From: Thermoplasmata archaeon | Lineage (GTDB): Archaea > Thermoplasmatota > Thermoplasmata > GCA-020350865 | Direction: 5' to 3' | Assembly (NCBI GenBank): GCA_020348445.1 | Contig: CP070751.1 | Span: forward strand, 1,240,808 to 1,255,924 | DNA length: 15,117 nt | Part shown: in pieces, positions 1 to 7,330 of the stretch | Layout: each line of letters begins with the position of its first letter | How positions within the stretch are numbered: position 1 is the first letter of the stretch | The notes under the pieces: generated by a model | Told to the model about the DNA's origin: nothing | Database searches by the model: none | Seen by the model: the letters and a program-made list of their open reading frames with translations, nothing else | Program-made: the position numbers and the translations under genes

Positions 1-5
1 TAGAA

Positions 6-1574
6 TTGGTCAACCTGCTTAATGAAGCTAAAAACGAATCTAATCATCTGAATGAAGTGGATGTCTCGTCAGAGATCTACAAAGATCTATCCCACATGGT
101 TGGGAAGGAGCGTGTTAGTGAAAGCAATCTTGACCGCCTCTTATACAGCCACGATTTAGCCCCCCTGCCAAAGGAGATGTCTCTCGCATTCAAAACCATT
201 CCTGACATAGTTGTCAAGCCACGTGACGCCATAGATGTCTCTAGAATCATGAAGTATGCGGTTGAAAATGATATTCCTGTTATACCAAGAGGTGGAGCAA
301 CATGGGCATTTGGGGGAGCAGTTCCCGCTTTTGGCGGCATTGTTCTAGATATTGGAAGTATGCAAGAGATCCTTGATGTAAATAAAGAAAATTTATTCGT
401 GACAGTAGAACCTGGGATTAACTGGAAGAAACTATACGACACTCTGTTGAGCAAAGATCTTCTAATAGGGGCATATCCCAGCAGTGCACCTGGAGCTAGT
501 GTAGGTGGCTGGGTGAATACGGGTGGTGTTGGAGTAGGATCCTATAAATATGGGGGAATAGATCAGTTGATTCGGTCTTTGGAAGTTGTCTTATCGGATG
601 GTACAATTATCACGACGGGATGTAAGAACGTATTAAATAATTCATCTGGATATAACCTAACTGACTTGTTTATAGGCTCTGAGGGTACACTTGGGATTAT
701 TACAAAAGTTACCCTGAAGGTTTTTCCAGCCCCTGAAGAGATCCGTCCTACATCATTTGTCTTTCGCGATCTAGAAGAGGCGGGGGAAGCGATTCATGCT
801 TTGACGCGGACTAACATCACTCCTTACCACATTGCCTTTCTTGATGGAGCACACTACGATTTATTGCGTGAACTAGATAAAGATTCCCCAAAGATTGGGG
901 CTATGGTTAACATCACCTTTAGTGGAGACACCAGGATTATTGATATTCAGGATAAAACTACAGAAAAGATCATGGCAGAATATGGTGGGAAAAAAACAAC
1001 CAAAGAGTTCGCAGATCATGAATGGGATGAGCGATTCTTCGAGTCTAAGGCACGCCGCCTTGGACCAGGCTTAATTGTTGGAGAAAGCTTCTGTCCGCTA
1101 TCAAAAATTGTCGATATGAGTAAAAGATCACAAGGTGTATTGAAAAAATTGAAGATGAAAGGTGCAGTAGTCGGTACCGTCGCCGATCCGAATACGGCGT
1201 TATTCATGACCTATGCCATTTCAAATGAACATAAGCTTATAAAGAACATGGCTTCCATGGCGCTAGTGAAGAAACTAGCAGATGAAGCATTCAAAGTAGG
1301 TGGAAGACCAGGAGGTTTTGGACTCCTTTTTAGTGGAAATCTAAAAAAGATACATGGAAAAGGAGTTTTTGTGATGGATGATATTAAATCTGCCCTCGAT
1401 CCCCATTATATCATGAACCCTGGAAAATTGATTGAGAGTACAACCCGTTTCGGCATCCCGATCCCAGGTTTTGCCATGGCCGCTGGTATGAATATACTGG
1501 CATTCATGAAGCGAATGATGCCTGCGGACAAAATCGGAATGAAAAACCATGGAACAAAAAAGAAAAATGAATGA
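6..1574 (+). CDS. FAD-binding oxidoreductase of the VAO/PCMH (GlcD / D-lactate dehydrogenase-like) family
   Basis: 522 aa. N-terminal FAD_binding_4 signatures: PDIVVKP, VIPRGGATWAFGG, VTVEPGI, YPSSAPGASVGGW, DLFIGSEGTLGIITKVTLK; C-terminal LDPHYIMNPGK. Start is TTG at 6, but the frame is open back to the window edge, so the true start could lie upstream. Confidence 0.9.
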   Translation: MVNLLNEAKNESNHLNEVDVSSEIYKDLSHMVGKERVSESNLDRLLYSHDLAPLPKEMSLAFKTIPDIVVKPRDAIDVSRIMKYAVENDIPVIPRGGATWAFGGAVPAFGGIVLDIGSMQEILDVNKENLFVTVEPGINWKKLYDTLLSKDLLIGAYPSSAPGASVGGWVNTGGVGVGSYKYGGIDQLIRSLEVVLSDGTIITTGCKNVLNNSSGYNLTDLFIGSEGTLGIITKVTLKVFPAPEEIRPTSFVFRDLEEAGEAIHALTRTNITPYHIAFLDGAHYDLLRELDKDSPKIGAMVNITFSGDTRIIDIQDKTTEKIMAEYGGKKTTKEFADHEWDERFFESKARRLGPGLIVGESFCPLSKIVDMSKRSQGVLKKLKMKGAVVGTVADPNTALFMTYAISNEHKLIKNMASMALVKKLADEAFKVGGRPGGFGLLFSGNLKKIHGKGVFVMDDIKSALDPHYIMNPGKLIESTTRFGIPIPGFAMAAGMNILAFMKRMMPADKIGMKNHGTKKKNE

Positions 1575-2850
1575 AACAAACCTCATACAAAAAGAACCGA
1601 AGCCAAATCTAGTGCGAAACAAGCCACCCCATCTAGATGACATCTATGCATGTCTACAATGTGGTTATTGTAATTCCGTTTGCCCTATATATCGTGAAAC
1701 TGGATGGGAATCCCTTACTCCACGGGGAAAAGTATTCCTTTTAAAGCACCTCATCGGCAAAGATAGTTTTTTTGATAAAATACTGGGAAAGAAGATTACA
1801 GATTATCTTACAGGCAGAGGCCAGATATCTCTTAATGAGGCCATGACAAAGATATATACATGCACACTCTGTAGTCGCTGTGAAACAATTTGTCATGTAG
1901 ATATTGATTTTCATGAATACTGGGAAGAGATTCGAAAGTGGATGGTTGAGAATGGCATCAAGCCACCACCGAATACTATTGACATGTACAACTACATTGC
2001 CAATGAGGAATATAAAAACCCTTTTATGGAACCATTACCTAAACGAGACGAATGGTATCGTGACGATTACCAACTTCCTGAAACCGCAGATATCATCTAT
2101 TTCATAGGCTGTATGACCTCATACCACGAATATCAGTTGCTTTTGAACACATTAAAGGTCTTTTCAAGTTCAGGGTTAGATTTCACTACACTTGGAACCG
2201 ACGAGATGTGCTGTGGTGCGATCAACACATTGTCAGGTCAATGGGATAATTTCAAAAATATCGCTGAATATAATGTAGGGCAGATTGAAAAACGAGGCGC
2301 GACACAGGTAGTTACAGGATGTCCAGGCTGTTACCGTGCTTTCAAGAAATACCGTAAATTTGCAAAATGCAATTTTAAACTTCTTCACACCACTGAGGTG
2401 ATAGCAGAACTCATAGAAGGAGAAAAACTTAAATTTACAAAAGAATTTAAGGAAAAAAATCTGCCGATTGTGTATCACGATCCTTGTGAGCTTGGACGTG
2501 TTTCCGACTACGAAGGCAAAGGCATTTTCGAAGCGCCCCGTTATATTCTGAAAAACATTCCTGGTATCGATAACATCCTTGAATTTCCAAATAATCGAAT
2601 GGATGGTATTTGCTGTGGCGGTGGTGGAGGATTGAAAGCGCTTAACTATGATCTGACCATAGATATTACCCTCAGAAGGATTGATGAAGCCATCGAGCTT
2701 GGAGCAAATACAATAGTTTCTGCCTGCCCGAATTGCAAAGCCCAGATTGGTAATGGCGTTGAGATGAAAAAGGAACAAATGATAGATAGTGAAGAAAAAT
2801 TCAAAATGAAGGTGATGGACGTCCTTGATATTGCTGCTAAATCCCTCTGA
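1567..2850 (+). CDS. GlcF/HdrD-like (Fe-S)-binding protein: 2x[4Fe-4S] ferredoxin domain plus two CCG domains
   Basis: CLQCGYCNSVCP and CTLCSRCETICH; CCG motifs YFIGC, EMCCG, TGCPGC, YHDPCELGR, ICCGGGGG, SACPNC; GlcF-like ESLTPRGK. ATG 1567 overlaps the upstream TGA by 8 nt (ATGAATGA), the same geometry as hdrC/hdrB. ATG 1549 is an alternative start. Confidence 0.9.
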   Translation: MNETNLIQKEPKPNLVRNKPPHLDDIYACLQCGYCNSVCPIYRETGWESLTPRGKVFLLKHLIGKDSFFDKILGKKITDYLTGRGQISLNEAMTKIYTCTLCSRCETICHVDIDFHEYWEEIRKWMVENGIKPPPNTIDMYNYIANEEYKNPFMEPLPKRDEWYRDDYQLPETADIIYFIGCMTSYHEYQLLLNTLKVFSSSGLDFTTLGTDEMCCGAINTLSGQWDNFKNIAEYNVGQIEKRGATQVVTGCPGCYRAFKKYRKFAKCNFKLLHTTEVIAELIEGEKLKFTKEFKEKNLPIVYHDPCELGRVSDYEGKGIFEAPRYILKNIPGIDNILEFPNNRMDGICCGGGGGLKALNYDLTIDITLRRIDEAIELGANTIVSACPNCKAQIGNGVEMKKEQMIDSEEKFKMKVMDVLDIAAKSL

Positions 2851-2881
2851 TCCCTGCCATAGGCTATAAAAAAGGATAGAT

Positions 2882-3856
2882 ATGAGTGTTATTGATGCCA
2901 TACAGGCTTCATTTCAAACATTTCGCCGTTATTTCAAGCAGATGGCGCCGCTGTTCTGGGGCGTCTCAATCCTACCCTATTATATGGGGTGGTCTCTTGC
3001 TTCTAACAAGATTTATCCAACATATGTAGCACGAATTTTATTGCTTCCTGATCCGGCACCTGCACAGAATATGTTTTTGGAGCTGTTTATATTTTTAGGT
3101 GGGATTATTGCAATAGGTCCCCTCTTAGGTGGTGCAACAATCCTCTACAATGATTTTTTTGACAGAGGAATAGATAAACCCAGCAGGAGGAAGAAACACC
3201 TCCCATTGCTGAAAGGAATGCTAAAACCGAGATCTATATATCGATTATCAATAGCCCTATTCAGCCTTGCGTTTCTCCTGGCACTCTTTATTTCAATCTG
3301 GTTTGCTCTGCTCGTATTAGCGTGTATAATCCTTTCTATTATATATTCCTCTCCACCATTAAGGCTGAAGGAGCACCCTGGGTTTGACCTTTTAACAAAT
3401 GCTATAGCGAGTGGGATAATATGCACCATGGCCGGCTGGATTATTATTCGGCCAGTTCTTGAGTTCCCAATATTGTGGGGCATTGTCTCTTTCTTTGGTG
3501 TGGGAGCAATATATTTGCCAACGACAATCATCGATTTTGAACCAGATGTAAAAAAAGGAGTAAAAACGATTGCTACATATCTGGGAAAACGAAGAGCATT
3601 CTATTTAGGATGGAGCTTTGTTGTCCTTGCTAACAGCACTATTATATTGATGGGCCTTCTTAATTATATCATTCCTCCTAGATTTTTACTGTTTGTCTGG
3701 CCAATAATGATCGCTGAAATCTTATCATATTGGTACTATCTTAGGAAACTCGATTTCAAGGGGGGTTATTATGCGATTTTGGTGTTCTCTCTCTTAGTCG
3801 CTTTTGGAACTGGTTTAATTCTGTTTTATAATGCTGGCTTGCTAATAATTCCTTAA
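2882..3856 (+). CDS. UbiA-superfamily prenyltransferase, membrane protein (LyeJ/CrtEb/chlorophyll-synthase-like YSxPPxRLK subgroup)
   Basis: 324 aa with multiple hydrophobic helices. Asp-rich motif 1 YNDFFDRGID (3146-3175), IIYSSPPLRLKEHPGFD, motif 2 DFEPDVKKGVKTIA. AAGGA ribosome-binding site upstream. Confidence 0.88.
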   Translation: MSVIDAIQASFQTFRRYFKQMAPLFWGVSILPYYMGWSLASNKIYPTYVARILLLPDPAPAQNMFLELFIFLGGIIAIGPLLGGATILYNDFFDRGIDKPSRRKKHLPLLKGMLKPRSIYRLSIALFSLAFLLALFISIWFALLVLACIILSIIYSSPPLRLKEHPGFDLLTNAIASGIICTMAGWIIIRPVLEFPILWGIVSFFGVGAIYLPTTIIDFEPDVKKGVKTIATYLGKRRAFYLGWSFVVLANSTIILMGLLNYIIPPRFLLFVWPIMIAEILSYWYYLRKLDFKGGYYAILVFSLLVAFGTGLILFYNAGLLIIP

Positions 3857-4158
3857 AACCTCAATGTAATCTTAGAAATCATGTTCTCAAAGGCAATTGG
3901 GCTTTAGAGGAGACTTGTTTGGTTCTCAGTGACATTCTTATTTCATAGCATTATAATTTTTTATCATCACAAACTTTCTAAGATTATAAACTGTAGATGT
4001 CAAGTTAAGACTTTTTAACGGCGAATTATCAGGAGGGACTTCACGAAATTTTTTCGTTAAGTTGACAGTGTCTATAAACTAAAGGAAATTTATTAGTACT
4101 GTTTAGTTATACATCGAAATCCTGTAGATAATCAATAAATTTCAAAGGGGGACATACA

Positions 4159-5034
4159 ATGGGTAAAATCCAAAAGAAACTCGTTGCCTACATCGAATTA
4201 TTAAGACCAGGATGGTGGCCTGCTTGCTTTTTTATTGGTTTAACACCTGGAATATTGGTAATATATTTGAACAGTGGCTCTTTAGGTGAATTTATTCAAT
4301 TGAAAACTGTTGCATGGGCATTTGCCTACTGGGCATCAATCGTTGGTATTTATGCATTTAATGATCTAGTAGGCATAGAAGAGGATGCAGTTGTTAATCC
4401 TAAACGCCCGCTACCATCGGGTAGACTTACTAAAAAAGCTGTTTTAATTTTTTCGTTAATTTTACTAACGATTGGATTGGGTATATGGTGGTTCACCTTT
4501 AAAAATCCCTTGAGTTCCCTTATCCAATTGACCTGTATAGGTCTCATCGCAATCTACTCAGCTATGTATAAAAATAACTTACTCCTTGGCTTGGGAGCAG
4601 GCCTCATCCCTGTTGGTATATGGATCGCCTTTGCTCCTTTTAGTCTAGTCACAGTCGCCCTCTTTTTGTTACTATTTTTCTGGGAATTAACATTAGATGT
4701 CCCAGAAAATATTCTACACTTTGAGGGAGATGTCAAGATTCATCCACAGACGTTTGCTACGCTGTTGGGCCAGGAAAAATTTGCAAAAATCGGCCTTATA
4801 TTCGCCCTACTTACAGTTGCTGCTGTCCTATGGCTATTTTTCCTTTTTGATATGAGTTATATCTATCTGTTCTTTGCCGTAATTGGCTCCATAACTCTAC
4901 TTTATAGCCAGTTATCTATACGAAAAAGCATTGTTCCTGTACATCTCGGACGTTCACTAGGCCTTGTCATGTTTTCAATATTCATGATTAATATAGGAAT
5001 AATTACTTATACGATTGCTCAGTCATACCTATAG
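4159..5034 (+). CDS. UbiA-superfamily prenyltransferase (DGGGP-synthase/UbiA-like) with non-canonical Asp-rich motifs
   Basis: 291 aa with about 8-9 TM segments. ELLRP near the N-terminus, NDLVGIEEDAVVNPKRPLPSGR, and EGD..T second motif. GGGGG ribosome-binding site upstream of the ATG. Confidence 0.85.
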   Translation: MGKIQKKLVAYIELLRPGWWPACFFIGLTPGILVIYLNSGSLGEFIQLKTVAWAFAYWASIVGIYAFNDLVGIEEDAVVNPKRPLPSGRLTKKAVLIFSLILLTIGLGIWWFTFKNPLSSLIQLTCIGLIAIYSAMYKNNLLLGLGAGLIPVGIWIAFAPFSLVTVALFLLLFFWELTLDVPENILHFEGDVKIHPQTFATLLGQEKFAKIGLIFALLTVAAVLWLFFLFDMSYIYLFFAVIGSITLLYSQLSIRKSIVPVHLGRSLGLVMFSIFMINIGIITYTIAQSYL

Positions 5035-5052
5035 ACAATTGAAGTGAACATC

Positions 5053-5232
5053 ATGCCTTACAAACCCTACCGATGTGGGATTGATTGTAGAGGGGGGTAC
5101 TACTGCCTTATCTGCCTATTCGTTTTTAATTTACGAAAGGTATTGAAGAAATTTAAAAGAATAAGAACAAGGAAAAGTACTTTGGAAAAAAAACCTTCCA
5201 TGGACTCTCCCCAAAATAAGGAGAACGGGTGA
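5053..5232 (+). CDS. Putative small Cys-rich, basic protein (59 aa; alternative GTG start at 5044)
   Basis: Fills nearly the whole gap between the second ubiA and lplA. GAAGTGA SD-like sequence before ATG 5053; the stop abuts the lplA start (TGAATG); contains CxxxCxxxxxCxxC. No family recognised. Confidence 0.4.
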   Translation: MPYKPYRCGIDCRGGYYCLICLFVFNLRKVLKKFKRIRTRKSTLEKKPSMDSPQNKENG

Positions 5233-6234
5233 ATGAAGTTGTTTAATCTTGGCGAATTGAACTGGAGGCAAACTCAATTAATTTACCATGCACTCGCTTA
5301 TAAGAACATAGAGAGTTTGGTGTTACATTCCTCTAGTGATAGATATATGTGTGTTGGCCTTCACCAAAATCCACGGGATGAGCTAGACATTGAATACTGC
5401 AACGAGAACAACATCGGAATATTTCGGAGAGAGATCGGCGGGGGAGCAGTACTATTAGACAACAACCAGGTATTCTACCACCTTATTATACATCGAAACC
5501 ACCCAAAAGTACCATACGCCCCTGAGAGCTTCTTCAGGAGATTTCTTCAGCCAGTTATACAGGTATATTATGAGCTAGGGATATCAGCAGAATATCGTCC
5601 ACTTTGCGATCTTGTTGTGAGAGAGAAAAAGATATCAGGAAATGGTGGCGGGGAGATCGGAGAGTGTAAGGTTCTGGGAGGGAGCATTTTGTTAGATTTT
5701 GATTATGAACGCATGGCCCGAGCAATGTATTTGACAGATGGCCTAAAACAGAGGTTCCTCGAGTTGATGCAGAACAATCTAACCACAGTTCAGAAGGAAC
5801 TTGGAGTTATTCCTTTAAAAGAGGAGATTTACTCAATCCTGGCCACAAAGTTCGCAGATTTTCTAGGACCGATGACTGATGGAAGAATAGACGTAGAAAT
5901 AACCAAGAAAATGATGGAATTAGACAAGCAATATTCCTCTGACACATGGTTGTATCAAAGAGGAACTAAACAAATTTGGCGTGAGATCAAGGTACGCGAA
6001 GGAGTTCTTTTGCTTCATAAAGTGTTCAATACCCAAAAAGACTCTGGATGGGTTACTTGTGAGATTGAAGAGAACAGAGTCAAAAAGGTTACATTTTCCA
6101 ATGCTTTTCCACTATCTCATACTGATCAGCAGGAAATAGAGAATAGACTGGTTGGCATGGAATACGATGGAGATAAGTTACTATACAGAATTATTGAGAT
6201 GATAAAAGCCAATGGGGGTGTTATTGTTGCTTGA
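5233..6234 (+). CDS. lplA: Lipoate-protein ligase A family protein (BPL/LplA/LipB catalytic domain plus C-terminal domain)
   Basis: FRREIGGGAVLLD, KKISGNG and GGSILLDFD motifs, and an LplA-like C-terminal domain of about 80 aa. AAGGAG ribosome-binding site about 9 nt upstream. Confidence 0.9.
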   Translation: MKLFNLGELNWRQTQLIYHALAYKNIESLVLHSSSDRYMCVGLHQNPRDELDIEYCNENNIGIFRREIGGGAVLLDNNQVFYHLIIHRNHPKVPYAPESFFRRFLQPVIQVYYELGISAEYRPLCDLVVREKKISGNGGGEIGECKVLGGSILLDFDYERMARAMYLTDGLKQRFLELMQNNLTTVQKELGVIPLKEEIYSILATKFADFLGPMTDGRIDVEITKKMMELDKQYSSDTWLYQRGTKQIWREIKVREGVLLLHKVFNTQKDSGWVTCEIEENRVKKVTFSNAFPLSHTDQQEIENRLVGMEYDGDKLLYRIIEMIKANGGVIVA

Positions 6235-6658
6235 AGTAAAAGGGATGAAGTTTCCATTAGATAGAAAGTATTATACTAAGGAGGGAGCTCATATTTGGTT
6301 GAAGCCAGAGGGCGATCTTATAAAGATCGGGATGGATGCATTTGCCGCTGAGATGGCAGGGTCTCTTAACTTTCTCAATGTGAGTAAAAGTCGAGTAAAA
6401 AGTGGAGAAGTGATTGGGAGCTTCGAGTCAGCTAAGTTTGTGAGCAGATTCTACTCTCCCATCAGCGGGGAGATTATTTCTATTAACGATCAGGTTCTAA
6501 ATAACCCCCGAAAGATCAACGACGACCCATACAATTCATGGATTGTGGCGATGAAGCCTGACAACAATGAAGACGGAAGCGAATACATTATAGAAGGGAA
6601 GGATGAGATATTTAACTGGATATCTGAAGAGATTAAAAGGATGGAAGTTGATATTTAA
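6227..6658 (+). CDS. gcvH: Glycine cleavage H-like lipoyl carrier protein (GcvH/LbpA-like)
   Basis: YYTKEGAHIW, IKIGMDAFA, FESAKFVSRFYSPISGEIISIN (lipoyl Lys codon at 6434-6436), INDDPYNSWIV. Probable start is TTG 6227: GGGGGTG SD at 6214-6220, 8-nt overlap with the lplA stop, and N-terminus MLEVKGMKFP. The symbol marks the family only; no gcvP/T/L is present in the window. Confidence 0.92.
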   Translation: MLEVKGMKFPLDRKYYTKEGAHIWLKPEGDLIKIGMDAFAAEMAGSLNFLNVSKSRVKSGEVIGSFESAKFVSRFYSPISGEIISINDQVLNNPRKINDDPYNSWIVAMKPDNNEDGSEYIIEGKDEIFNWISEEIKRMEVDI

Positions 6659-6929
6659 ACAAGAGAGCCAAGAGTGTGTAAAAATTAGCCCGCTAAAACT
6701 ATGGACCTTTTAGTTTTTTCAATGGTGTTTGATCGAGGAGAATGGCTCAAGGTCTTAAACCTCTTCCTCATCTGTGAAGACGGTTGCAAGGCGAGTTGTG
6801 GAGACTGAGATCTCTCAAAATCCTGTGATCCCAAAGAAAAGACCTTCATTTTGTTGGACGGGGTGATTTCTCATTGACTGATTTCTTTGAGAGAGCCAAT
6901 TCAGGATATTACATACATCTTACAGGATA

Positions 6930-6943
6930 GAAAACTTTAAATA
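6930..6943 (+). promoter_or_regulatory. Archaeal BRE + TATA box candidate (GAAAAC TTTAAATA)
   Basis: Purine-rich GAAAA immediately 5' of TTTAAATA (6936-6943), in the gap upstream of hdrC and followed by a 14-bp near-palindrome. Confidence 0.5.
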
Positions 6944-7009
6944 CACATCTTGTACAATATATTATGTTATAATTATTACAAATTAGAAATCATTACAAAA
7001 TTGGTTGGA

Positions 7010-7174
7010 ATGTTTGAAAAACATGAAAAACTGTTAGAAAAAAATCCCTCACTTATAAAAAACAAAAAGAGGCCTAAAAAACATCGTGCAATCTGGGGAG
7101 GCATTAATAACATTGGACTTTTTATAACAAATGAGACTGCAGATAATCTAAAATACAGGTTTCAAAAAGGTTAA
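7010..7174 (+). CDS. Possible small basic protein (54 aa) upstream of hdrC
   Basis: ATG 7010 lies downstream of the TATA candidate; sequence MFEKHEKLLEKNP...RFQKG. No family recognised and no strong SD. Confidence 0.25.
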   Translation: MFEKHEKLLEKNPSLIKNKKRPKKHRAIWGGINNIGLFITNETADNLKYRFQKG

Positions 7175-7330
7175 TCTATGATTTTCTTTTTGCAGAAATT
7201 ATTAAATAAGGATTGCTTAATCACCCCCCATATAATAATATGGAAAATCGTCATATACTCCACCTGAATCGATTTATACTGGGGGAGAATTGTCAGCCAA
7301 CTGCCCACAGTACCTTTAAGAGATGAAAGA

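Noticed and set aside
4159-5034. Assigning the symbol for DGGGP synthase or ubiA/menA
   Set aside because: The motifs are degenerate and subfamily placement needs a phylogeny, so the symbol was left blank.
6212-6226. ATG 6212 as the gcvH-like start
   Set aside because: It adds MGVLL overlapping the lplA C-terminus, and the GGGGGTG SD lies within this stretch. TTG 6227 fits the SD spacing and family N-terminus better.
6722-6877. Selenocysteine read-through of TGA 6806 in a Cys-rich mini-ORF
   Set aside because: No recognisable selenoprotein motif and no convincing SECIS hairpin. hdrA and the other Cys-rich genes contain no in-frame TGA.
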